A stretch of 64,000 nucleotides of DNA from Lingula anatina (taxonomy: Eukaryota > Animalia > Brachiopoda). The stretch covers positions 25,344,225 through 25,408,224 of the forward strand of contig CM120640.1 in the NCBI GenBank assembly GCA_051362555.1, read 5' to 3'. This document shows positions 52,819-64,000 of this stretch, in pieces. Positions within the stretch are counted from its first letter, which is position 1; every line of letters starts with the position of its first letter. Made by a program: the position numbers and the translations under genes. The notes below the pieces were generated by a model. That model saw only the letters and a list, made by a program, of their open reading frames with translations, made no database searches and was not told where the DNA came from.

Positions 52819-53403
52819 TCATACTGGGGTTTCTCGAGGATATTTTGACAAAAGTGTCACTGTTTTTGTCACTAAATTATTGTCCACACTCACAGCTTCC
52901 AACTCCACATCTTCTTGGCCTTGGACAAGTTCTTCTTTTACCATTAAACTAGGCTGCTCATTGGTCCCTATCTCCGTTGACGAATGGCAGGCATTTGGCA
53001 TAAGACCTACACCAGGCAATAAAGTTAAAGTTTTCACCATCATCTGAGACACGAATTTTGTGTTATCATACAATGCTTTGATGGACTTTCGATTCTCGTA
53101 CCGTGGCGTATGGAACTTATCCCTGCGCACGAATTCCACGAAATACCGCTCCAGCTCCATGTCCCTTTTTTCTCTGTGGACGTACTTCACCATAAGAACG
53201 ACCATAGCAAATGCATAGAAGAACAGAACCACCACGATGTAGAAAAAGGCGTTTAACTCTTCGATGTCCTGTTGCTCCTGGCTTATTGTTGACGTCGCCA
53301 TTGTTGTCACCGAGTCGTTGGCACAGGCCTCTTTCAACTCTTTGACGGTTTTAATTATGTCGGACAGCGTTTTGTTCAATTTTGTTACGTCCGTTTCTTT
53401 CAT
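52819..53403 (-). CDS. Single-pass membrane protein, KCNE/MinK-like
   Basis: 194-aa ORF with no signal peptide, N-terminal sequons NKT and NDS, and one TM segment (AFFYIVVVLFFYAFAMVVLMVKY) followed by basic HREKR. A strong acceptor TTTTCTTTTAG lies 57 nt upstream (exon starts at 53460) and the frame is open back to it. Confidence 0.75.
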   Translation of the reverse strand: MKETDVTKLNKTLSDIIKTVKELKEACANDSVTTMATSTISQEQQDIEELNAFFYIVVVLFFYAFAMVVLMVKYVHREKRDMELERYFVEFVRRDKFHTPRYENRKSIKALYDNTKFVSQMMVKTLTLLPGVGLMPNACHSSTEIGTNEQPSLMVKEELVQGQEDVELEAVSVDNNLVTKTVTLLSKYPRETPV

Positions 53404-54179
53404 GATCTGTGGTCTGTTGTGAAATTCTCTAGAGTTTTCGGTGAGTTTAATTCTGCACCCCTAAAAGAAAAAAAAAGAATTAAGAATTACATGGACACAG
53501 GGTTGATACAATGTACTCTCTCCAAAGTATCTCTTACAACACTCAGATTCATCATGGCATTGTGTACATATATTGAAACAAACTAAAATAGGACAGAAAT
53601 CCATTACGTGGTGTGCCGTGACGTCTGATCCAAAGACAATCCGAATTCGTACTCGATTTATTTTCAAAACAGCTGAACAAAGGGCTGTTTCCCCTTGTTA
53701 AAGACGCCATGGTATAAAAGCAAACGCAGATCGATATGAGAAGAATGAGGGTATAATTTCTTGCTCGCAGTAGGGTACTACTCTTGAGAGCGATTAACGA
53801 TTTTATTTGTACTTAATGTACTAGATGAACATTTAACGTGTCCATCTATACACTGATCCCTTTTTTAATTCCATTATCTCCATAACAAAACTCGAAACCA
53901 ACAAAGGACAATGTCAGAACTTTACTGCAGATATTGTTTCTTAGTTTGAGCAATTGCATATCTAATGTTACCGTTTTTATTTGAAACACGATACCCATGA
54001 CAAGACTGTTGGTATGCTTATTGCTTTCGTACATGAGCAATGTTGGAGTGTCCCATTGATTTTCTCTTCGTAAAGTACGTGCCATTAATTACTGTTAAAA
54101 GTATTGACCATAGGTAGTAGATACAGCCTTTTGAAACAAAAGTTCTAATTTGGATGCAAAAAGCCTGCAACAGACAAGG

Positions 54180-54183
<4 letters not shown>

Positions 54184-54218
<35 letters not shown>
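54184..54218. repeat. (AG)n microsatellite
   Basis: Direct read; similar shorter tracts at ~48184-48202 and ~58641-58667. Confidence 0.9.
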
Positions 54219-54223
<5 letters not shown>

Positions 54224-56418
54224 CAAATGCCGTTATGTAAGAAGTATTCTAAATCTAAACAAAATATTTTCAGATGACCACACGCCCCAGTCGTCAGTTT
54301 TAACTTGTATTAATATATACCAAAGGGCTGGTGTTTAATTGGCAACCTATGGAAGCTGTTAAATTGGCACAACTGTAAAGGTAGATTTTAATCGGTTTCA
54401 ACTATTTTTTGCGCCAATGCGAATTATTTTCTCTCCTTTTTTTCTTTTTTTAAAAGTGAAATAAATTGATATTCTGTTTATAATGAGCTGACACATGTAA
54501 AAATACCACTGTTATTTCGAGAAGATGTGTATGATTCTATGCTGCAAACAGGTTTACGATATTGGCATTCCACCGATGTTTGGCAGATACCATCTTCATT
54601 TCATATCTAATTGCTTCACTGCCGGCATATGCTATCAAACATACTGTTCGGATTTGATCAAATATTATTCTTATGAATACCGTTCCCTGTGGGATATCCT
54701 GCTTTACTTCAATTTAATTAAAAAGTAATGTAGTCCGGACTGCTGCACAGTGCTTCATAAGTCAGGCTGCACAGGAACATGATTCAGTTAATGTAGATTT
54801 CAGTGGAAGTAATTTGTATACAAACGCCACCAAAATCCATACAGTTCGACATTACTTAGGAAACCTTGTTATTGGAAACTGCGTTAAGTGGCTATTGTAG
54901 CTCCTTTATATTCTGGCGACTACTCCATTACCAGGTATAAATGGGACTCCCTCGAGACAACGCAAATAAAGTTACCCACTGGTTAAGTCTCGCATCTGAT
55001 TAGCCTTTTATATGTGTTCTTACAACTCTCCCAGCTAGCTTGGCAACAAATTGAATATATTTTACAGAGGGTTATTGCAACACCTTCTATCGTCACAGAA
55101 ATATAGATATATCCCCTGGAAATACTGTCCAAATAATCGTCTTTCTTTTGTCAAGTGCATTTACATCGCTTGCCCCCCCCTCCCCCCCACTCCCCAACAA
55201 AAAAGAAAATCTTTCCACTATTCTCGCCATCGACACAACTTGGCAAGCTAATAGCTCATAATACTATTTATCGCCCCAAAGTGACTTATTGGACTGCACA
55301 GTATTCAGTTGTTTTTTTTTTAACATGAAAAGATGTTATACGCATGAAGACATCTGATTCAATAATGCCTCAATAACATTAGAACAAATTTGTAGTTCAG
55401 AGTGATGTTTGATCAGCTGACGTGTGTACACAAGAAAAGTGTAAGAGGGCTAGTGATTTGGCACCAATATGTCATTTCTCTTTTCATATTGTAATAAATA
55501 CCTAAAACACCTTTAGAAGTTGTATAAATAGTTTTAGTGTGAGTCTAAATGGAGGCTTTATAGGGGACTTGTATCAGGGACCGCATACCACGTTAGTAAC
55601 TGCAATAAAAGTGCTTAATAATTGCAGGACATAATTGCTAAATGTGAAATAGGATAGAATCTTGTTCAAATCGCATTACGTCCAAACGGTTAATTTTTTT
55701 TTGCTTTTACCAACAGGCGCTTTGTATTGGTATCATTATCAAAGAAACTAATAATAGATGTGACATTGCAATCAGACCATAAGAAGACACTTTTGAATAA
55801 AACCACATTAATCCTGCTCACTACCTACTTGTATTGCCTACTTGCAATGAACCATTTCGTTCCTTAGGTTTACAGCAGAACATCCACTTATTGAACCACA
55901 GCTCATTGTTCCGAAGTGATTCCATGGAAACATTAACAATAGTCGGTCGAGATCAGTGCGTCCAACGATAGCTTGCTCCGGGAGAGTTGTCAACTGCACA
56001 AAAAAAAAAAAATGACTTAAGTCACAACAATTAGGCAAAAACGTGCAGGCGTGATGGTAGTACCGTTATCCATCGATTCTCTTACTCTTGGCACCGTCGC
56101 AAGCTCCAGAGATATGATCACTGACCTCGTTGGTTAAATAATCGTTCTTTCAGAAGAGCTGGATAATACGACTATTTCTATTCCTCTCTGATATGATCAA
56201 GCACCAGCGGGCGAGGCCTTTTTGTAAAGGTGGCCGGAATTCCCACTCCACTCTTTACCAGGCAACCAAGCATAGAATCAACCAAACAAAGAGAGGGCAC
56301 ATCTCAGAATCAACAAATATTTTTGCATTTAATTGTGGATTTTGCAGTGTTCTCCGCTGCAGTTTTAAAGGTTGCACGTGGTTCACTTCTCAAGCTGGGG
56401 ATATAAGACTTTGCAACA

Positions 56419-56419
<1 letters not shown>

Positions 56420-56462
<43 letters not shown>
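56420..56462. repeat. (TA)n microsatellite
   Basis: Direct read; further (TA)n tracts at ~62082-62102 and ~63620-63671. Confidence 0.9.
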
Positions 56463-56464
<2 letters not shown>

Positions 56465-57265
56465 CCACATATGAATGCCCAGCCCACCCCAGCCCTAGCA
56501 TTTAAATTCATGAAAAGCAACTGAAAGAAAGGGTTTAATGGATCTTTTTTTAAAAAATTGTTATATAGACATAAATGCAAATTTTTTTATAAGAGGAACA
56601 GCAAGAATTCTGACATTCACATGATCCGGGGATGATTGCTCCAATACTACCCAGGGTAGCTTAAAATGGTTCTTTTGGTGTATAATACAATAATGCTTTT
56701 ACTGGTATACAAATTAAAGATGTTTTTTTCTTTAAATAAGGTTAACGAAGAAAAGCTTCAAGTCTTAGATACTGCCATTATGACTTTTACAAATCTGAGC
56801 CAACTCAGCCACTTACCTAAATAATGTAAATAATGTATTAAAGAATTTGGAGAAAGCCCAAAAGCCAGTCTTACATAAACCAAACATATAGGTTCCTCTG
56901 TTTATTCAATGCCTATTTAGACGAATGATATATGAGCTAAGATGCACTCATGCCTAACCAGTAAATCTAAACTGGTTTCCTAAAAGAAAATCTAATACAC
57001 ATTTGACTGTCAGATCGTCATATTTCAGTTACCGTCCTTTTAGATTATTTTTTCCATGGGTATTTGTCATCATTGGTTATCATTCTCCAACTTTTTCGAC
57101 GGGAAAAAATTATATTCTGTTTCAAGAATGATAAATACCGCTATATTGTAAAAATTAACCAACATGGATAGCACGCAGATCACGTATCAAACGACCATTC
57201 CGTGATGTGTTGTAAGTTCGCGCTTAAAATGAACTTTCACAGATCCCCATAGCAGAACCGCTTAA

Positions 57266-57596
57266 AGGGATAATAGCTCTTTTGATGAGATCTATATTTC
57301 ACAATAAAAACATTGTAAACAACTCACAGGAATATAATATATTCTGTTTTACCACAAAACGGCAGTTATTCTGATATCTGAGCCTGTCATCAGACCACGT
57401 GACCTCCATATATAGATGGCTATACTCTGTAAAAATCTCTTAAGAGATAATAACATAAAACCAAACTTTTTAGAAAAAAAAGGGACTAACTTTGAATGTA
57501 GAAATGGATTCGTTAACCATTGGTAAGTATGGAAAAATTGTTGTTTACTCCGGGAATTTTTTTTTTTTTTGGCCAAAACGAACAGTTATTATCCCT
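57266..57596. mobile_element. Non-autonomous DNA transposon with TTAA duplication (Kolobok-like MITE)
   Basis: TTAA-AGGGATAATAGCT ... AGTTATTATCCCT-TTAA; a 13-bp TIR with one mismatch and purine-purine termini. Confidence 0.65.
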
Positions 57597-59897
57597 TTAA
57601 CAAAGAATGTTCTTGTGATATCGCCCCTTTCATCAAAGTGTCCGACTGTTTAGACACACTCCAGAGGAATCAATGAGATGTAGGGAAGTTACACAGCAAT
57701 TACTTAGACGAATGTTAATTAAATTGACGGTCAGTTCACCTTGAATACATCTGTGTTGAGATTTATTTGCACAATCCATGATTCTTAATAATTTTCATAG
57801 ATAATTAAAAATGTTAAAAATATGCACTTTTTGTTTGGTGTATTTTACATTCCTTACGTAATACATATAAACAGTAGTACCTCATTATTGCATGTTAAAT
57901 TGTAATGTCATTTTGTTAAATTGTAATTGTAAAAGAACATACCAGAATCAATAATTGTTATCATTATTATTATAATTAGCAAAAGAAGAATCAAGCCTTT
58001 GCATGCAATTTAATATTCATTAAAAATAGAAATAAAACCTAGTATACTAAAAAAAAATGACTCGGCTGATGGCTTACTAAATTTTAAATCGAAATCTGTA
58101 GTTGTATGTACCGTACGTTGAGAGGACGGTGAAATGTAATTTTGACAGAACCTGTGTATGCTTCAAATATGTATCCATATCCTTTCGAGCATTCAATCGA
58201 ATTCTGGATGGGGTGTATTTTTAAACAACATGTTGTGAAGTTGACTATATGTCTGACAGTTAAACCCAGGATCCTATTGAAGCACTTCATCGATGGAAGC
58301 ATTTCCTGCAATTCGTTATTTTGTGTGCCCTTAATGCACAGCGCAGACTCGCATGATGGCACCAACATGGGGTTTGTCAGATTATGATGAAGTATTGTAA
58401 CAGCAATACATCAATGTTAACCAAGGGACGACTGCAATATACGATCATACGAGTAATGCATCAGATATTCAAGTATATGACCTTGTTGCGACAATCCGTT
58501 GTATTATACATGTATCTTTGTCATGCCCGTGCAAGTGAATGCTAAAGGTTAGACAAATTAGAAAGATGGATGATTAATGGTTGTATAAAATTGATTGCAA
58601 ACAGTGCTTTACATTGGGGAAATATCATTAAGGGATTAGGAGAGAGAGAGAGATAGAGAGAGAGAGAAACGGAAATTTGGCATGTATATTGACAATGTTG
58701 GACAACGCTTAACGTGAAACATTACTCTATTAATGAGATTTTGATGACATGTAAGCGGCGCCTTGAAAAACTGCAGTTGGCTTCCAAAACAAATTTTTAT
58801 GGCACTCGAGTGGGAGGAAAAGTCATATGCATCAGAACAACTAAGCAGTCGAGACTTGTGTTTATAACAGATAATAGAATGTCAATGGTTTTAGAAAAAC
58901 GACTATTTCATATCTCGCTAAGGGATTCAATGGTAAAGAACAGGGGCGGCAACCACGTGTATGTTGTTTGCTGAAGCAGCGCGGTTACAGCAATAGCAAA
59001 TAGCAACCAAACACTGAATGTAACGTTGTGACGAGTTTTTAAGCTTTTATAGCGGTTGTAGTGTCCCTGTATACATGTTCTATAGGTGACATTATGTATG
59101 ATTATTCTTTTTTATGTGTGCACCATACGGCTGAGAGGAGGGAGGATAAATGCCGTGTGCATTCATAAATTCTTGAGGCAAAATGCACAACAAGGTCATA
59201 GGAATGCTGTATAAATAATTGTGCATACATATATCCATCAACGGCCATCGCGGTTAAGACTGCAATAATCGACCTAATTTGACTAATATCTTAATTTGGA
59301 TGGACGTGCACGTTGCCCATAAATAATCGTAACCCTTAATAATTTGTTACCTAATTCAACGTGATATTTGAAGGGTCAACCGCAACTTCAGTAACAATTT
59401 CAGTTTGTCACAGAGCTTTCTAATAGCTCATGTATATCTTATCCAGTACAATAATGAAAATTATAATGTAACAGATGAGCTTTGAACTTGTACCAATGTT
59501 CCTGCTTTTGTATCTGGGATTTATTTCCAATTTTGCAAAAGTTATTTCGTACCAAGTACCTTCCCCCTTCCTGAAAGACCTCTTAATCTTGAAAATACAT
59601 ATTTGGTACGATCCCCTAAGACCTTTCAATATTACCTTCTCGCACTGTGACTTACAGTAAACCTGTATAGTCATTAATGAAAATGGATTAAGAAGATAAA
59701 AAGACAATTACACTGGAATTGTGGCGTTGGGATGTTGAACCTATTGCCAGTCAACGTCATGAATAAAGTTACAGATATTCGGGTTAACAATCTATGAACG
59801 GGTTGCCATTGACCAGTCTTTGGATGTTTTATCTCAGATACGACAAAAACTAGAATTGTCCATTTCACTTTTCAATGCCTCTAGAATCCAAACATTT

Positions 59898-59900
<3 letters not shown>

Positions 59901-59941
<41 letters not shown>
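59901..59941. repeat. (AAT)n microsatellite
   Basis: Direct read; an (AAAT)n tract also lies at ~62853-62890. Confidence 0.9.
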
Positions 59942-59942
<1 letters not shown>

Positions 59943-61687
59943 GGTTTTATGAAAAACGTCTTTTATTCCATAAGGCTCATATCATTCAACTTTACACTAC
60001 CATTTTCCCCACATTTCATAATATACAGAAAACCCCCATTATTATTATTATAATCTTCATCTTAAATCAACAGCTTACAAACAGATATACAAGAACAAAA
60101 AAGATAACTTAAACATATTTCAAACATACGTCATGTAACATCTGGCATTGTTAACAAGGTACTCTATATTGATATATAGCTTATCTGCTTCATAACAATA
60201 ACACAAACAGAAATACTTATTTGAATATGAGGATTATGAATGCAATCATTTACAGTAAAAATTCTTAAAAATCACCTTTGGTAAACATGACAATGTGGAA
60301 GTTTGACACAGCAGAAATGACAGCAAAACAGCAAAGCTTGCCGAGCTTTTAAACCCACGCAAATACCATTCACCCTAGTTTTAGACAATAAAATGTAAGA
60401 TTTTAATCTTTTACATAAAAAGGTACAGTCCAATGGGGTTTACTGTATGGGTCTGTCCATTTCACTTTTCAAATAGCCTGTGCTTTACCTTAGAGGCATG
60501 TAATTACTTCCCTGTAAAGTAACAAAATGACCATTCCTGTTTTTACAGTTAATGGAAAACAAGAAACAATAATCATACACTTGGAATAATAAACTCATTC
60601 TGTATTTGGGGTTTTCAGGTTTAACATATGGTTGGTATGTAATGGAAAATTATGGAAGATTCCAGAAAATTTAGAGATATTGTTATTTCTGTATCAAATC
60701 CCATGAGCATGTCTCTATAGATGGGTGAAAGATATCCATTTCTTTCAGTCACTAAAACTCAATACCCACTGTAAACAGTTGCATCACAACACAAACATTT
60801 CCACTAATAAACACTTCTAAAGGTAGCTCTTAATACATATATCTTAAAATATAAAAATCTTTAATTTTTAGTAAATTGATTGTTCTGCCAATGTTATTTT
60901 GCAGGCCAGTTTTACTGAAAGCATTTCTCCCAACCACATTTTTAAGGACGCCAAACAATTAAAGTTTAAAATGATATAGAGTTTTACCTCTCCTCTTCTT
61001 TTAAACATTAATTTTCAAGTCTAAGAGATGGGACCCTATTAACTACAGTTGTGTCTTTAGTGGGATGCTGAGGCACTGTGGAACAAAATGCTGCTTTTTA
61101 AAAATTAATGCTTTAAATCTGCTTTTATCATTAAATATGACTAGAAAATTTTTCTCTAGCTAATTATGCATGCATTCAAATATCAACATTCATCATCGTC
61201 TTGGGACTGAATTTTTTAAATAAACATTTCAAATTTACAGAACATATCATCACAGCTTTCCTGTTCTTAGCTTTTTGATTCATTGTGTCACATTGACCCA
61301 CTTCTATAAACAGCACAGCAAAAATGGGTGAAAGCAAGTAGCTGTCCTATGCCTTCGTTATAAATTGAAAAGTTTGATTTCACTTTTATCTCAAATTAGT
61401 TGCACCTTACGCCTCTTTGCTACTTGCACTAACTAGGCCAAACCTCTGTCTTACATATTGCAAACGGGAGATTTAATATGACACTATAACAATCAGGCTG
61501 GTAGACTAAATATACATGCATATGGAATGGAAAGACATGATTGACATGTATGAGAAAAAAAAACGCTGGATTCAATGCAGTAATCACCTCTGATTATTAT
61601 ATTCATACATATCATGTCCCCAAACAGTTGTAAGAGAGACATCATGATTGTTCAAATTATGAATCAATATCGTTGCAAGAGCAACTA

Positions 61688-62069
61688 TCACCGCTGTATG
61701 GTACTTGTAATGTGGAAGTTCTGTACAAACTTGAATACCAGGCCCATGATGAAGAACCAAAGGTTTCTTGCAATTTGTGAACGTGCTACCAGGAGTCGCC
61801 ATAAGATCACAACTACTATCGTGTTGAAAGTATATCGGATGTTGCGCAATCTGGATGGAAGAAAACAAAATATACTAAGCAACTATCACAACAGACAATA
61901 CCAGATAATAGTGGTAATCCCAAGACTACAATAAATACCTAGCTATAACAAATAAAAGGAAATAATGTTTTTCCTACTTGTACTCTTTCATTTGGCAATT
62001 TTTCCAACCTCTTTTTGTCTTTGTCTTTTTAAAATCTTTTTTTAAAAATTATTTGATTATTATCATTTG

Positions 62070-62105
<36 letters not shown>

Positions 62106-62853
62106 TGTTTGTAATATATTTAGTGCTCACTTTCTGATGTGCGCTCTGGCTGCTGGTAGTCCTGAGAGATCTTCCTGAAGAGTGTACATCTTAGCACCCA
62201 GACAGTAGCCCTCTATGTAAGAGGGCCAGTGGAGAGGACGTGGATCTAGGTAAAAAGTCTAGAAAACCAAACATAAACACAATTATTCACAAAGATTATA
62301 AAGAAAATTCTGTTATTGGTGCATGGGGATTTAAAGTTGTCTGGCATTTGCTTGAGGACCTCTGTCTTTCATTACAAATTTAAATACTTTCAAGAGTATA
62401 TCTTCTACCTGAGTGTGTGAAATCCAGAAAAGAAAAAGTATAACGAATGAAAATAAAGAGAGATGTTTTCCACACCTTCTTGTCTTCTGCACTTAGTTTA
62501 CTGAGCAGAACATCTCTGTTATGATGTGTCCACTCCCACTGGCGATGTGTAAAGTACTCAAGTGTGCCCATGATTTTGTGCACTTTTTCAAAAATTCGGA
62601 CCATCCTGGAAAAAATAGGACAAGTCATTTCAAAATTGCACTGATATCCGAAATTCTACACTGAATTTGAAACAGGGGCCAGAGTCTTTTGAAAGTAACA
62701 AAATAAAAAAGAATTAACCTGTTTACAACATTTAAATGTTAAATGCAAACAGAAAAGTAAAATTAAAATTCTTCCTTGAATTTTACTTAAATAATAATGT
62801 CACTGTTTAAATATTTACACAATATACAGCAAACCTAGTGCCAAAGACTGTAA

Positions 62854-62888
<35 letters not shown>

Positions 62889-63615
62889 ATATCAATTTAC
62901 CTTGGCTTCTGACCAATACATCTCAATCCCAGGTCAGTCAGGTAAGCTGGAATCAAGTGGCTGACCACCACCCAGTAGTTGTGGAGCCAGCTGAAAAGTT
63001 AAAGAAATGAACAGATTTAAGTGCCAAAATATACCTTTATCCAAACGAATATGAAAGCATTTTAATCTAATAATGACAGACAAATAAAAAATACAAAATA
63101 CTGTCAAATAAATCACCATCATTTAAGTGATTTTTTTTTTCAAATTAGACATCTACACACAATCTCCTAGCAAAATTCAACATTATGGGAAATATCATTT
63201 GATAGTCAATCACAATGAAAAGTTAAAAAAAAAAAAAAAACAGTTTACTTCTTCAAAGGAGGAATGCATATGCCATTTTAACTTATTATATTTCATCCAT
63301 TTAGGAAGACTGCTAAAACAACTCTGAACTAAAACAGGGCATCTTTTTTTGGGTACAGCATGTTTTGGGCAACATAAGTAAAATGCTGCTAACATCCATG
63401 GGGCAGGCTTGGAGAGATGGACAGACAGACAGGTAGAGGCAGTTATAATATTTACAGACAATAAAGTTGCACATAAAAATTGTTTTGAATTAATTTTTAT
63501 GTTGTTTAAAAATACACTGTGACCTACCCATCTTTGGTCATTAAGACAGTCTTTGGTCTGCGAAAGCAGTTGTCAAGAGGATACGACTTCCAATATTTCA
63601 TTACAAGTGGTTCTG

Positions 63616-63672
<57 letters not shown>

Positions 63673-64000
63673 TGCTGAGAAACTAAATTCATAAAATACT
63701 TTCATTCATTTAACAATTCTGAAATGTTTATTTCAATAAATATGCCTTCATTTATGCAAAAATAATTAAATAAAAAATAAACATTAAGAAGGGTGCTTTG
63801 AAAGTCTTTGGGAAAATGGAAGTAATTTTACTTTAAAAAATTCCTGGCAGTCAGATATATGTGTCTCAAGTATGATCTCACTGAATTCATAATAAAAACA
63901 TACCTAAAGAAAAGGCAAGGATACAGGATATAATCTCAAGTATAAAAAAAATTACCCTAGGGTAGATAAACTAACCCATTTCACCCCACGTCACGGGATT
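61688..64000 (-). CDS. FAR1: Fatty acyl-CoA reductase, C-terminal exons; 5' part lies beyond the right edge
   Basis: Exons ~63976-64000 (NPVTWGEM), 63528-63612 ([10 protein letters not shown]), 62901-62990 ([11 protein letters not shown]), 62476-62606 ([11 protein letters not shown]), 62131-62258 ([24 protein letters not shown]...[11 protein letters not shown]), 61688-61850 ([33 protein letters not shown]). Confidence 0.93.

Noticed and set aside
53846-61934. Many 60-106-aa ORFs in the ORF track
   Set aside because: No family motifs or coherent splice structure; they are consistent with random ORFs, microsatellite translations or FAR1 antisense. The exception is 61688-61882, which contains the real last FAR1 exon.

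Overview
AT-rich, intron-containing invertebrate genomic DNA, probably lophotrochozoan or mollusc-like (inferred from gene style and repeat types). Eight spliced or single-exon genes can be read: MFAP1 (-, runs off the left edge), neurensin (+), STPG1/MAPO2 (-) head-to-head with RRM2 (+), RNF144-family RBR ligase (-) head-to-head with DEK (+), a type II SEA-EGF-LDLa-mucin membrane protein with no protease domain (-), and the 3' part of a fatty acyl-CoA reductase (-, runs off the right edge). A ninth, single-exon ORF encodes a single-pass protein whose membrane segment lines up gap-free with the KCNE (MinK/MiRP) K+ channel beta-subunit signature. Repeats include a complete HINE/DINE-1-like element with a 146-bp tandem core, a Harbinger-type MITE and a Kolobok-like MITE. 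The most notable observations are: (1) a ~440-bp-arm near-perfect palindrome centred on a promoter-like spacer between RNF144 and DEK, which mirrors a putative first exon and splice donor onto both strands; (2) the KCNE-like protein; (3) two tiny CA...TG hairpins with 7-bp duplications that match P-element excision footprints; (4) an RNF144-DEK divergent pair matching the human 6p22 arrangement. Exon coordinates were read by eye and may be off by a few bases. Homologue comparisons are from memory, not from searches.
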